DNA of 64,000 bases from Dictyostelium discoideum (lineage: Eukaryota): the NCBI GenBank assembly GCA_000004695.1, contig CM000154.2, positions 160,001 to 224,000 of the forward strand, read 5' to 3'. The position numbers and the translations under genes were made by a program. Positions 12,703 through 29,076 of the stretch are shown piece by piece (position 1 is the stretch's first letter; each line of letters opens with the position of its first letter). The notes beneath the pieces are model-generated. The model was not told the DNA's origin. It did no database searches and saw only the letters and a list, made by a program, of their open reading frames with translations.

Positions 12703-14823
12703 AAATTATATTTATAATTAGTACTATAATTAGAAATATAAAATATAATATAATAATTACCATTTATAATATCATTAAAAACATTTGGACTTTCTTCAGC
12801 AGCTTGGTATAATAAAGGATTTAAGAAACCTAATGTTGATTTTCCAGAATTTAATAATTTATCATTTATTAATGAAAACATTGCAGCAATTGATGGTGAT
12901 GAGCATGATGTACCATCAACTGATATAGTTATACAAGGGCATAAATTCGATGAAACATTATTAGATTGTACAATTGAGTATTTAGAACCAGCAAGTGAAA
13001 TATCAGGATATGCACGATTTGATGAATTAAAACTGAATGATGGGGGTAATGAGGATGGTTGTTGCTCGAGATACCTATTTACAGCATTAGTTTGATATTG
13101 TGGTTGAGATTGTGTAACTGAAAAACCACCACCAGATGTAATGATTGAACCTGACTGAATTGAACAAACTGATTCAGGTTGTGGTGATTCATAAATTTCA
13201 GTTGCACCTACTGATGTAACATAGGGTGAACTTGCAGGGAATTCTGGGTTGAAGACAGGTCCATTTGATGGATCAAAACTGTATCCAACCATTTTAAAAC
13301 CTTCACCTGATACTGGAGTTAAATCTTCACATAAACATGAAGAATAAATATGTGTATAACCAAACACATCAAACTCATATTGAAAATCACAATGAGCATT
13401 AACTTGTTGGAAAGTACCCAATGCATCAATTACCTCTGGAACAATGATTAATTCTCTACATGCAATACCCATTTGGTTGACTGGATAAAAACAGTTTGGT
13501 GATTCTGTAAAATTTGAATTTACAATTGTAATAGTTGCACAATTGGTAGTTGTGTGCTCACAACCACCAAATGGACAATAACCATTGATACCATCTACTG
13601 GACAATTACCAAACACATCAAAAAATCCAGGGGAACCATCGTCACCTGAACTTACGAATATTGAAGTACCACGTAACCCAATTTTTTGAAATTCAACATT
13701 AGTTCTCTCAATGTAAACCGTAGAATCCACACCAAGATTATTACAATCTTGTGTGATTTCACATTGTTCCATTTCAATCCACCCATAGGAAATCGAAGCT
13801 ACATTTGGAATTGGATCAAATGCTTGAATCGATGTACACCAATCCAATACCCATTCACCACTACCCGATTCAAGAAACATTGTTGTAATATTATTACCAA
13901 TGGCAGTCATATACTGAACATCTAAATCCGATTCAAGTTGTCCACAACCTTGTTCATAACAAAGTGGACTTCCAGCATTTAAAACTCTAACATTTTCAAT
14001 TGAAAATTGTTGATCAAATGTTTCCAATGCACCAGTACTATAATAATCTGAAAAAGCACCTATTGATTGAACATTCTTTGAATTTGTACCAATAGTATCA
14101 TTTGGAATACCATAATAATCTTTCAATACTTGAGGTGAAATTGACAACTGTTTTGAAATACCAACAATATCATCTCTTGATTTTCTCATAGTCTCACTCA
14201 TTTTATTATCTTCAATAAAATCTGATAAACCCAAAACCAAATCAATTTTATTTAAAACATTTATTGGGATTGATGCATCACCAATAATTCTAATTCTTTC
14301 TTTATTTGAAATTTCTGATTTATAAATTCCAAAATTTGTTTTAAATAAATTTGATGCTTTTAAAATATTAATTCTAATTTTAATATAATCTGAAAAAACA
14401 ATCATTTCACTTTTATTAATTTTATTATCAAATAACCAATTTAAAATAATTTCAACATCTTTTTTTGAAGGTGAAATAATTGAATCAATCTCTTTTGAAC
14501 TTAAAAATTTTCCATAATTTAAACTTTTTGGATTTGAAATATCCCAAAATTTTTCTTTTAAAATATTTAAATTATTCTTTTTTTTTTTTTATATATTAGT
14601 ACCTATTTATTTTTTATTTTTTTTTTTTTTAAATAAAACTCACTTGTTTGATTAAAATTTTAAATTCTATTATTTCATTTTCATTTGGTAAACTTTTAAA
14701 ATTAAAGTATGAAGGTGGATTTCTAATATTTGCAATAGTTTCACGTTTTAAACCATCACCACTATTCTCTTTTGCATTTGCAAATAAAATAATAACTAAT
14801 AATATGATTAACTTTAAAATCAT
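12540..14823 (-). CDS. Sedolisin / tripeptidyl-peptidase I-like serine peptidase (MEROPS S53), secreted, about 738 aa. complement(join(12540..14576,14644..14823)).
   Basis: Exon 1 carries a signal peptide (MILKLIILLVIILFANA) and ends at CAA|GTGAGT. Exon 2 enters at ...aaaaaag|AATAATTTA. The C-terminal catalytic region contains the S53 active-serine motif VDGTSCSSPSIAAMFSLIND; a GFLNPLLY block follows. An N-terminal pro-region of the expected size is present. Confidence 0.8.
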
Positions 14824-15064
14824 TTTATAAGTGCACTTGTAAATTAATGAAAAAAAAAAAAAAAATAAAAAAATGAAAAATAAAAAAAAAAAACGAATGG
14901 GCGAAAACACACATCATCATAACCTTAGATTTTTCAAAATATCTTTTTTTTTTTTTTTTTTCCAAAATATCTTTTTTTTTTTTTTTTTTTTCAAATATCT
15001 TTTTTTTTTTTTTTAAAAAAAAAAGTTTTAAATTAATTAAACAATTGTTTATTTATTTATTTTT

Positions 15065-16646
15065 TTAATTAAGTTTAATAACTTTTAAATTTGAATGAGT
15101 TTCAGTGAAATCATTTAAATTTAAAACATCATAAATCTTATCATCAGTATAGTATAAAGTATTTACAGAAGTTGGTAAGTTATCATTTGAGAAACGATGG
15201 AAATAGTATTTACATTTTAAAGTTAGAGTAGTTAATGATTTTGGAAGACCATTACCAATTGGTTGATTAAAACATTCACCAATTGATAGGGTTTCAACAC
15301 TTGAAGGTATTGCATTTGGTTCAATTGGTTGATTGAATCTATAGCCTAATACTAAACTTTTCACACTTGATGGTATAGCATTTGGTAACAACTCCTCATT
15401 ATAGAATTCACCCAATGTTAAACAAGTCACAGATGTTGGAACTAAACCAATTGGTAAACGTTGTTTATTGCAACCTAATAAATGTAGTGAAGTCAATGAT
15501 GGTGGTAAACAACCCTTTTTACATTTCTTTAAATTCAAATTCAAAGTTAGACCAACCAATTTCAAAGGCATAGAACCCTGTTCAAGCGATCCTTGAAACC
15601 CTTCACCAAAACGTAACCATTGAAGATTTGGTGGGAGTGTGCCCTTTTTAATGGATTGACTGAATCTACTACCAAATTCCAATGTCAATAAAGATGATGG
15701 TAAATAACCTTTTTTAATTTTTTGGTTAAATAGTTGACCAAATATCAATGTTTCTAAATTTGGTGGAATACATTTCTTTGATACCAATGGTTGATTGAAA
15801 TGAAATCCTAACCTTAAAAACTTTAATGTAACTGGTAAACAATTCTTTGGTATTGGTTGATTAAAACTTTCGCCCATATCTAAATGTGTTAATGATGGTG
15901 GTAAATAATTTATAAACGATGATGACGATGATGATGATGATAATGGTAAAGAACAAATTGGATGATTAAATGATGCTGAAAACTTTAAATGAATAATATT
16001 CTTTGGTAAAGTATTTGCTTTCAATGGTTGATTGAATGATTCATTACCAAGATCTAAAAAAGTCAATGATTGTGGTAACTCTCCCAATGGTTGATTGAAA
16101 TCATCACCAAATTCAATGTATTCCAAATTATCACATTCTTTCAATGATAAAGGTTGATTAAAATGTTCACCAAATACAATCTTATTAATTGATTGTGGTA
16201 CACCTCCTGCCTTTAATGGTTGATTAAATGATCTTCCAAATTTTAATTCATTAACTGATAATGGTATACCTCTTTTTGGTATATTTCTATTATTATCTTT
16301 AATAAATAATGATGTAATATATTCTAAAAAAAAAATAAAAAAATAAAAAAAAAATTAAAAAATTAAAATGTTAATAAAACTATTTTTAATTTTTATTTTT
16401 TTTTTTTTTTTTTTTTTTTTATTTTTTTTTTTTTTTTTTTATTTAATTTAATATTTTACCTCTATGTTCATATTTAATTAATTCATCAACTTTAAATTCT
16501 AAAACTTGTTTATGTTTATTAAATAAACGCAAATGATGGAAAATAATATTTCTGATGTATTTATTTCTATAAATTTTAAAGAATTTATAATCCTGTCCTG
16601 TTTCTGAATGATCGTTGCTATTGCAACTACAATGCATTATCATCAT
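15065..16646 (-). CDS. FNIP-repeat-containing protein (Dictyostelium-type FNQPL/FNQPI repeat family). complement(join(15065..16323,16460..16646)).
   Basis: More than 12 tandem units of about 22 aa with the core F(N/S)QP(L/I)...LP.SL..L.FG. The N-terminal exon reads MMIMHCS...FFKIYRNKYIRNIIFHHL. The intron runs from GTAAAATATT to ttttttttag. Confidence 0.8.
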
Positions 16647-17576
16647 CTTTTTTTTTTGTTTTTTTTTTGTTTAAATTTTTTTGTTTTTTTATTTATTTAA
16701 AAAACTAAAATTTTTTTTTTTTTTATATATATAAAAATATGTGATAGTAATAAATACTACCACATACACTTAATATTAAAATTAATATTATGTATGTAGT
16801 GTGTATGTGAGAGTGTGTTAATTTTTCTCGATTTGTTGGATAGTTTGAAAATTGGTTAAAAAAAAAAAAAATAAAAATTAAAAAATAAAAAAAAAAAAAT
16901 GTTGTAAAAAAAAAAATAAAAAAAATAAAAAATAAAATAAAAAATAAAAAAAAATAAAAAAAAAAATGATTTAAAAATAAATTTTTTTTGTTTTTGCTTG
17001 GAAAAATTTAAGATATTAACCAGAGTCAGAATTCGGTAACAATTCTACCACTGGTTCAACAATCCACGAAAATAGATTTTTTTAAAATTTTTAAAAAATT
17101 GTTGAAGTAACGAAAAAAAAAAAAAAAATAAAAAAAATTAAAAAAACAAATAAAATTGGAAAATAAATATCTTTTTTTTTTTTTTTTTTTTTCTTCTGTA
17201 TAAGCCAATTACAAAAAAAACAAATAAAATTAAAAAATGTTTATTTTTATTATTAAAAATAAAAAAAATAAAAAAAAAAACAAAAAAATTTAAAATGAAA
17301 TGTCTAAAAATATATATGATTAAACATAAAGAAAATAAAATTACTTAATATATAAAAAAATCGAATAAAAAACCAGTGGTCAAACTGAGACCTCCATTTT
17401 TTTTTTTTTTTTTATTTTTTATTTTTTTTTTTTTTTTAATTTCAATTTTTTTTTTTTTTTAAATTTTAATTTTTTTTTTTTTTTTTTTGGTATTTTTTAT
17501 TATATATTTTTTTTTTTTTTATTAATTTTATTTAATAATATATAATATAAAATAAAAAAATAAAAAACTAAAAAAA

Positions 17577-18451
17577 ATGTCACAATCAATTAGTGATATT
17601 AAATTAGTAAAATTTTATTATAGACATTATAAATTAGGACCACAAGATTTTTGTAGAGAATATGGTGGAAATGTTGATGGATTAAATAAATTTTTAACAG
17701 GAAATTATGATTCATTAGCAGCAAGAGATGCATTAAGATCATTTTGGGAGCGTTTTAATACCAATCAATTAATGAAATCTCAAGCTGGTGATGAAGATGA
17801 TGGTGACGAATTCAATAGTACATTTGGTGGTGGTGATAGTATGTTATTGTCACCAATTAAAGTCACATCACCAATGTCATCAAGTAGTAGTAGTACAAAC
17901 ACAACCAATAGTAATGGGCAAATCATAGGTAACCGATCATTTTCATCATTAGCAGAGGCAACTAGTAATGCAACAACAACAACAACATCGACAACAACCA
18001 CAGGTGGTAAACCAGAATCAAAACGTGTTAGAAATCTATTGAAAACCTATTACGGACCAGGTATTGGTGAAGGTAGTGATTCATCATCAATGAATGATCC
18101 ATTGAATATCGATGGTCCATCATTCAATTTAAATAGTTATTTCGATAGTATCGTTAAATCAAGTACACTCAACCAATTAATTCAAAAAGATAATCAAATG
18201 GTAAGTGAAATTCGTACATTAGATGGTGATATGAAAACATTGGTCTATGATAACTATACAAAATTCATCAATGCTACCGATATCATTAAGAAAATGAAAA
18301 CCAACGTTGAAAATATGGAAGAAGGTATGGCTTTACTTTCAAAAAATATGGATTTAATTACAAATTGTAGTGAAAAAATTAATTCAACTTTATCTGTAAG
18401 AAGAGATAGAATTGATCAATTAAGTGGTTTACAAAAATTTTTTCAAAAAGT

Positions 18452-18504
<53 letters not shown>

Positions 18505-20699
18505 TAATAATTAAAAAAAAAGTTACAATTTTTAACAGCATTACCATCAAGTTTAAATCATTGTTTAGCAATGCAAGCATATAATCAAGCTGTTAGATAT
18601 TATAATAGTAATAGTGGTATTTTAAAACAATATAGTCATATACCATCATTTCAAAATATTCAAAATGAATGTGATTCAATAATGAAAACAATGAAAGATA
18701 AATTATATGAAAGATTATCAAGTTTATCTGTATGTATAAATTTTAAAAAGAAAATGAAAAAAAAAAAAAAAAAAAAAAAAATTCATATTTTAATTTATTA
18801 TTATTTATTATTTATTAATTGGAAAAGACATCACAAACTGATTGTGTTGAATCAGCAGAAGTTTTAATGGATTTGTTAGAACCAGTTGAATTGGTTAGAT
18901 CAAAATATTTAGAGAGTAGAAAACATCATACAATTACATTATTAGAGAATTTAGAAAAGAAATCGGTTGAACATATTACAGATTATATAAAGGAATTGAA
19001 TGCAAATTTCTTATCGGAATATTCTTATAATATCACTTCGTACAAGTCATTGTTTATAAATAGATTGGATGGTAGTGATAGTAAGAAGGAGAGACAACAA
19101 AGTTTACTTCAATTGGAGGACTTTTCAAAGGACTTATTCAACAAGTATTTAAATATTGCAAAATCGAAATTATCTTCATTCAAAGATCCAATTGAAAAGA
19201 TTATGGCATTGGAGATTATTAATTCCGATGTTTCAAGATTGGGTTCAGAGTTGTCCTCTCATGAAAAGATTACTAATATTATCAATTCCACAGTACATGA
19301 CCAAATCGATTTCTATTTTGATAATCTTCAAAAAACAATTAAAGAACATATTCATCAATTGAATTCAACACTCAATGAGAGGAGAGATGAGGTGTTGGAG
19401 GGTCATAATCTACAAGAGCTATCAGATGCAACCTCAAAGGCAATTGTAAATGATATCATTTTGCTATTTGCAAATTTGAAACCATTCTTCCTTCCAACAG
19501 AAACTCAATTCCTCTCAAGTTATCAAGACACAATCTTCACCAAAATTCAAGTAAAACTACAACAATTCTTTTTATTTTTAGTTAATATTCACTTTTTAGA
19601 GTATTTAGATATCATTGCAACCACATCCAACCGTGAGCAATTTAGTGGTCGTTTCCTATTGGTACTCTCATCGATTTGTTTATACTTTGAAAATAAAGGT
19701 ATCACATTGGTCGTTCAATTGATGAGTGAATTCATAACGGTGGCAAAACAAGGTGCAAAGAAAGAACTCAACGTTTTCAGTTTCAATGCTCCTGATCTCT
19801 GTAAGAGAGTCAGAGAAACTGGTTTACAAATTTTAAATGTTTTCACTCGTTTATCAAGTCAAAAATTGGATAAAATCTTAAAGAAAGGTTTAGAATCAAT
19901 TCCAAATAATAATTGGTTAGTATTGAAAGAACCAAGAGATGTTAGATCAGTAAATGATATCTATTTAGAAGAGATACTAAAATTCCAAAATGAAACTTCA
20001 AAACTTTTACCAGTTATAAATCATCATCATCATTCTTTAAAATCTCATTCAAGAACTGGTAGTGGTGGTAATAGTGTTTCTTCAAATAACTCTTCCTCGA
20101 ATACACCAGATGGTCATAGAAGAAATCCTTCAGCATCATCATCATCATCATCAAATAATACAAATACAACTTTATTCGAAAAGAAAGTTGACCATGTCGA
20201 TTTTAATACTCTTAGTGTTTTAATTGCTATCATTAAACTTTCACTTAAATCTTTTAATGAATCTTTAAGATTAAAAACTTTTGGTACAAATGGTTGTCAT
20301 CAAATTCAAATTGATTTACATTATTTAAAATTATCATTATATGATTTATTTGGAAGGTTTGTATATTTAAATTTTATTTTGGTTATTTTTTTTTTGGATT
20401 TTGGAAAAAAGTGGAAAAAAAAAAAAAAACTTATTAACAATTTTTTATTTTGATTTTTTTATAGTAATTCGTTTGATAATTTATTACAAGAATGTGAAAA
20501 TACTGTAACTGAAAGATGCGTTGACCCATTACCATTGGCAAAATCTGTAAGGAGTAAAAAAAAAAAAAAAAAATACCTCCTAAAATCGAATTTTACTAAC
20601 TTTTTTAATTTTTTTTTTTTTTTTTTTTTTTTATAGATTGTATCAAAAATTTGTGAAACAAAAATGAATAAAAAGAAAAATAATGAAGCTGAAAGCTAA
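17577..20699 (+). CDS. vps51: VPS51 homologue (GARP/EARP tethering-complex subunit; Vps51/Ang2/fat-free family). 5-exon model join(17577..18449,18523..18729,18828..20356,20465..20546,20637..20699), about 917 aa.
   Basis: The Vps51 signature region is recognisable: TLVYDNYTKFINATDIIKKMK...MALLSKNMDLI...LSVRRDRIDQLSGLQKFFQK | LQFLTALPSSLNHCLAMQAYNQAVRYY...QYSHIPSFQNIQNEC. Compare human ...[20 protein letters not shown]...[29 protein letters not shown]...QYQHLPSFRAIQDDC. The exon 1/2 junction reproduces the conserved LQFL exactly. The introns have GT...AG ends (GTATGT/aaaag, GTTTGT/ttttatag, GTAAGG/ttttatag). Confidence 0.75.
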
Positions 20700-21546
20700 T
20701 AAAAATTTAAAATTATAAAAAAAAAAAAAAAAACCTTTTCGAAAATAGAAATATCAATATACAACAATTTTAAAAAAAAACAATTTTGGAAATTAAGTTT
20801 ACTTTTTTTAAAAATAATTTTTTATTTTTAATTTTTTTTTATTTTTATTTTCATTTTTAATTTTTTTTTTTTATTATTTTTTTTTTCTTTAACTCCAATG
20901 GAATTTCATATGGATATTCATTATTAATATTTTCACCCACATTTAAAAAAAAAAACCTTAAAAAAAAATTTTATTTTTATAAAAATAAATTTAAAAATTT
21001 TACCAAAAATGGAAAAAACGTGTGAATATATGTTATAGATTTTGATATATTTTTCAAATGTATTTCGTTTCGTGTTACCAAAAGTAAACTTTTAAAGTAA
21101 TTAAATTATGATCTATGAAAGAAATCTAAGATTTAAATAAGTATTTTTTTTTTATATTATTTTATAGTTTTTATTTTTTTTCATTTTAGAAAATTAATAA
21201 AAAATGATTTAATTATCAAAAAAAAACAAAAAACAAAAAACAAAAAAAAAAAAAAACAATTATCTGTAAGTTTTAATTTTGTTTATTTTTTTTTTTTTTT
21301 TCCTCTCTAAAAAAAAAAAACAAAATAATTTAATTTACTAAACCATAATCAAATTATTTTATTTTTATTATTATTATTATTATTATTTTTAAAAAGTAAA
21401 AAAAAATAATAAAAAAATAAAAAGGTACATAAATTATTATTATTATTATTATTTCCATAAAATTATTAAATAATAAAATAAAAATTAACTTTTTTAAAAA
21501 AAAAAAAAAAATAATTATTATTTTTTTATTATTTTTTATTTTAGTT

Positions 21547-22171
21547 ATGAACCAACAAGTTTTAAAAAGACAACAATTCCAAAATCAACAAGATTATTTT
21601 TATCAGCAACAATTAAATAATCAACCACATTTAAATTTAACTCAACAAATTAATAATTCATTTCCTTCTTCATGTCAATATTATAATAATAATAGTTATT
21701 ATAATCTTCAACAAGTACCAGATTATACATTTAGTACATTATCAACAATGCCAAATAATAATTCAAATTTCTTTATAGATAGTAGTAATTTACAATTTAC
21801 AAATTCTGGAAATAATTATCTTCAAAATTCATATCCATATTTAATGGAAAATGGAAGTTGTACATCTTCAATTGAACAAACAACAACAACAACATCAACA
21901 ACAACAAATCAATTAACTCAACAACAACAATTATATAGTAATAATAGCCAATATTTTGAATTTAATAATTCACAACAACAACAACATGAACAACAACAAC
22001 AAACTGAAAATAGAAATATAAAATATGATATTGAAAATGGAACTTATTCATATACAAATAACAATATGGTTTCAAAAACTAGTTCAGTATATCAACAAAA
22101 TTTTTATAATACAAATAATCCATCTTTACAAATGGCTCAAGAAAATCCAACATATTATAAACAACCAATTC

Positions 22172-22251
<80 letters not shown>

Positions 22252-23026
22252 AGACCAGTTCAACAAAAGTCACAACCAATTGCCCAACAAAAGCAACAAC
22301 AACAACAAGCTCAACAATTTGTCCAACAGCAACAACAAAAATCAATAATTGAAACTCAAAAACAAGATGATTTTGTTGAAAAACAACAAAATAAATATCA
22401 AAAAACTTCAAACATTAAAGAAATTGAAAAAATTACAATTGTAAAAGAAAAAAATAATAAAAATGAAAAAGTAATTGAAAAAGATTTAATTGAAAAAACA
22501 TTAGAATATCAACAACAAATGGTTGAATTAAAATCAAATGACCAAGAGAAGGAAACAATAGTTCAACAACAAAAACAACACCAAATTGAAAAAGAAAAAC
22601 ATGAAAAACTTTATAAAAAATCATATTTAATGAAAGCTGGTGTCAATGAAATGTTTCCTAAAGCAATCTCTTTAGAAAGTTGGAATTTTGTTGGTGAAAC
22701 CACTTCAAGAATTTATCAAACTTTAAATTCAAGAGCGGAATTCCATAAGAAATCATCATATTGTAGAGTTTTATTAGTTAAAAAAATATTTTCATGGTTA
22801 GTTTGTCATGATAAAGAATTCATTAAAAATCATAAAACTGTTGATCTTGTAATTGCAATTAGTGATATCATTAATATGATCATAAGTTTAATAGAATTAC
22901 ATCGTGCACCATCATCTTCAACTTTATACTTAATAATTTATTCATCTGATAGATTTGTTGAAAGAACTGGTATAAATCATCATCAAATTTTTAATTTATT
23001 ATTAACAAGGTAAATTAACTAATTAA

Positions 23027-23088
<62 letters not shown>

Positions 23089-23381
23089 GGTAAAATTAAA
23101 AATAATCCAAAAAATATTAATTAGTTTTTTATTTATATACATATGTATATATTTTTAATTAAAGTGCAATTGTTAATTTAAAATTTTGGAATGAATCATT
23201 ATATATTCAAAATAAAACAATTGCAGATATTTTTTCATTTAGTGTTAAAGATTTAAATACAATGGAAAGAAGATTTTTATATGGTTTAGATTATAACTTA
23301 TGTGTAACACCAAATGAATTAGAATTATTTATAAATTCTTTAAAAAAACAATCAATTTCTTCTTTAAACTTTTTAAAATAA
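21547..23381 (+). CDS. Gln/Asn-rich protein with a C-terminal PHO80-type cyclin-like domain. join(21547..23009,23165..23381).
   Basis: The N-terminal two-thirds is low-complexity, with Q27 and many N/Q runs. The C-terminal region reads ...HKKSSYCRVLLVKKIFSWLVCHDKEFIKNHKTVDLVIAISDIINMIISL...LLLT | SAIVNLKFWNESLYIQNKTIADIFSFSVKDLNTMERRFLYGLDYNLCVTPNELELF. This matches the Pho80/PCL cyclin-box pattern (…LN.lEr.FL..LDY.L.V). The intron 23010..23164 contains (ATT)n. Confidence 0.55.
22171..22251 (+). repeat. Perfect (CAA)27 coding microsatellite (poly-Gln) within the cyclin-like gene.
   Basis: Uninterrupted caa periodicity from about 22171 to 22251. The antisense and other-frame ORFs (22025..22348 +, 22079..22411 -) are by-products of this repeat. 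Confidence 0.9.
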
Positions 23382-23546
23382 ATAATAAATAATAAATAAT
23401 AATAAATAATAGTAATAATAATAATAATAACAAATAATGGATTAAAAAAAGTTCTTTATTGAAAAATTATTTTAAAAAAAAAAAAAAAGAAAGAAAGAAA
23501 TGAATGGAAAAAAAAAAAAAAAGAAAGAAGAATATTTTTTTTTTTT

Positions 23547-25687
<2,141 letters not shown>

Positions 25688-25921
25688 TTATTTGAATTTA
25701 ATTGTATTTATTTGTATTTATTTGTATTTATTTGTATTTATTTGAAGTTATTTCTATTTCTAATTAGAAATAGAAAAATAAAAAAATAAAAAAAAATATT
25801 TTCATTTTTTGCTTTTTTCTAAAATTTTCTTTTTTTTTATTTTTTTTATTTTTTTTTTATTTTTTTTTTTTCAAAAATATCAATTTACGAATTTTCGTCA
25901 AAATCAAACGATAAAGGAAGG

Positions 25922-26011
25922 ATGGAAGACGATTTATTAGATTTTGCATCCGATCAATTATTTAAAAAACCAAATATTCCCTCAATATCAAATTCAACAA
26001 CTGTTTCAACA

Positions 26012-26105
<94 letters not shown>

Positions 26106-26251
26106 GTGATAATTCTAATAGTATTAGTGATAGTAGTGGTGGTGGAACTATTAATAATTCAATAACATCTCCATCACCTTTATTAGGTCAACAGATTTCT
26201 TTTACAAGCAATAGTAGTGGTAGTAATAATTCTAATTTAAGTTTAAATAAA

Positions 26252-26286
<35 letters not shown>

Positions 26287-27274
26287 TAGATATGAAGAAT
26301 CAGAAATACTTCAATCTCAAAATACAGTAGAAATTGAAGCAATTCAAGAAAATCCAACTCATTATATATCAAAAATTCAAAATAATAAAAGAACATATGA
26401 AGATATGGATAACTATGATAATCCAACACTCGATGATTTAATAAATAATACACAATATCCCTCAACTTATGAACCTGAAAATCATGACAATCATAATCAT
26501 CATGCGAATAATAAGGATTCTAATGATACTAATAACAACAACAACAACAACAATAATAATAATGTAATTAATGTAAATAATGTAAATAATATAAATAACG
26601 GAATTGATAGAAAATTACCAACTTGGATGAAGAAAAAAGATAATGTCAATGAACACGAAGAACAATATAAACAAGCTATCTCATCATTTGAAGAAAAAAC
26701 AATAAAAAAACAAAAAATATCTGATAATGATAATAATGACCAAAATAATAATAATAATTTAGAATGGTTAAAATTATATAAAGGATTTAAAGAAGTTGAT
26801 ATACCAATTAAAAAAGGTAGAGTGATTTGTTTTGATTTAGAGACATCAGGAGTTACATCAAGTGATACGATCATTGAAATTGGTGCAGTTGAATTAATTG
26901 ATGGTTGTAGAACTGGTGTTATCTTTCAAAGTTATGCTCAACCTAAAGCACAAATTCATCCAGTATCTGAACAAATTCATCAACTAACTTCACTCCAATT
27001 AATGAGTGCACCACCAATTGAAATCATATTGGCAAGTTTTATGGATTGGGTTGGTAATTCACCTTTAGTAGCTCACAATTTAGCTTTCGATAAAAGAATA
27101 TTGATTCAAGAATTAATTCGTTATAATATACCTTTCAATATTGACCATATTTGTTTTTGTACAATGAAATATTTTAAAAAAATTTATAATGGTTTAAATT
27201 ATTCTTTAGATTCAATTAGGTAAATAAATAATAATTTTAATAATAATAATTTTTTTAAATTTAAATAATACATT

Positions 27275-27343
<69 letters not shown>

Positions 27344-27515
27344 CTCATAATCATTTAAAAGTCAAAAATTGAAAATTAATAAATTATTATTAAGAAAAAC
27401 ACATGGTGCTTTAATTGACTCTGAAATACTTGCGATTATTTACACACATCTATTAATTGTTGACCCAAATACAGCTGTAAAAAAAATTATTGCAAATAGT
27501 ACCACAAATAAATAA
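25922..27515 (+). CDS. DnaQ-like (DEDDh) 3'-5' exonuclease-domain protein with an Asn-rich N-terminal half. join(25922..27219,27362..27515).
   Basis: Exo I: ICFDLETSGV (D-x-E). Exo II: LVAHNLAFDKRIL. The ORF track stops at a GTAAAT donor (27220). The next exon, after a T56-rich intron, supplies Exo III, HGALIDSEILAIIY (H-x-A-x-x-D), completing the DEDDh set. The N-terminal region contains (AAT)39 coding poly-N. Confidence 0.65.
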
Positions 27516-27948
27516 TGGATGTTAATACCAACACTACTTTTTTTTTTTTTCAAAAGATTGTGGTAAATAACACAAACAAGTAATGGATTTTTTTTTTTTT
27601 TTTTTTTTTTCTATCCCTCTTACATTCATTTTTTAGTATCGAAAAGAAAATAATAATAATAATAATAAAAGATTGATTAAAAAAAAAAAATAATAAAAAA
27701 AAAGTAATAATAATAATAATAATAAATAACTATTATCTGTTCATCTTTTAACAAAAATATGTATTTTTAAAAAAAAAAAAAAAGAAAAAAAAATAAAAAA
27801 AAAAATTTTCACCTTTTTGTCCTGATGAAACTTTCACAACGTCGTGCCTTAATTTTTTAATTTTATTTTTTATTTTTTATTTTTTTTTTTTTTTTAGTTT
27901 TTTTTTTTTTATTTTTTTTATTTTTTTTTTATTATTTGAAAATAAACC

Positions 27949-27984
<36 letters not shown>

Positions 27985-28398
27985 AAAAAAAAGAAAAAAA
28001 ATTCTATAAATAATATTTTTGACCCTGTAAATTTATTCAATCACCTTTTTTTATTTTTATTTTTCTATTTTTATTTTTTTTTTTTTTTATTTTTTTATTT
28101 TTTTTTTTTTTTTACACACACACACAACTACCTTTAAAAAAAACACATTTACCCACCAGATTAGGGTTTATTTATTTATTTATTTATTTATTAAATTTTA
28201 TTTTATTTATTTATATTTATTAAATTTAATTATTAAAAAATTTTTTTTTTATTTTCTTTTTTTTTTTTTTTTATATATCAATTATTATTATTTACAACCA
28301 CATCTTGGGTTCACACAATTCAAAAAGAAAGTTTAATTTATTTTTTAAAATAAAGAAAAAAAAAAAAAAAAACAAACATCAACATTTACTTTTTTGCC

Positions 28399-28438
<40 letters not shown>

Positions 28439-28439
28439 A

Positions 28440-28870
28440 AAACCTTTATAATATTACCTTTTTTTTTAAAAAGGGGAAAAAAGGGGAAATTAGCTTAAAA
28501 AAAATAAGTTAAAATGGGGGCCATTGGTTAAATTGGGGGGGGATTTTAAAGGGAAAATTAAAATTAAAAATTAAAATTAAAATTAAAATTAAAATTAAAA
28601 TTAAAATTATTCAAATTTTTAAAAAGGATAAAAGGATAAACCACCAGTGATCAAATTTTAATTTTGGGAGGGGGGAAAGGTTAATAAATTTTTTAATTAA
28701 TTTTAAAAAATTTTAATTTTTCCTTCTAAAAAGGGTTTTACAGGACCCTTTTGGATTTATTTTAAAAGGGCCGCCGATAAAAAAACCTTCCGTAGTGTTG
28801 CCGTTTTTTTGGTTAGGGCAGTTATTTTATTGATTTTTGCCGCTTTTGGTAATATAGGGTCCATCAAAAA
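28440..28870. other. Compositionally aberrant segment with G4-G8 runs, doubled-base patterns and an (AAAATT)8 tandem repeat (about 28566..28617). Possibly low-quality or assembly-junction sequence, or a degenerate repeat.
   Basis: aaggggaaaaaaggggaaatt, aaaatgggggccattggttaaattgggggggatttt, ttttgggaggggggaaagg and aaaagggccgccgataaaaaaaccttccgtagtgttgccg occur in an otherwise 80%-AT intergenic region. There is no coherent ORF. Confidence 0.5.
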
Positions 28871-28894
28871 AAGTAAAATTCTTTTGTTAAAAGT

Positions 28895-28938
<44 letters not shown>

Positions 28939-29076
28939 TAATAATAATAATCACTTTTAGATTTAATATTATTTTTATTTTTTTTGATTTTACTGACCTT
29001 ATTTCTTTTTTTTTTTTTTTTTTTTTTTTATTATTATTAATAATGATAATAATAGTTTTCAATTATAAATATAATT

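Noticed and set aside
16985-17400. Possible tRNA gene(s) suggested by agtggt / ggttcaa-like words (17017..17060, 17372..17395) and by cttcgaatgg (12028..12040)
   Set aside because: There is no acceptable cloverleaf. I found no GTGGTAGAGC-type A box paired with a GGTTCGANTCC B box at the right spacing and no acceptor-stem complementarity. I treated the sequences as promoter-motif or hairpin occurrences instead.
22025-22624. ORFs 22025..22348 (+), 22079..22411 (-) and 22433..22624 (-)
   Set aside because: They are out-of-frame or antisense products of the (CAA)27 poly-Q array and Q/K-rich region of the cyclin-like gene, giving poly-N or poly-V translations.
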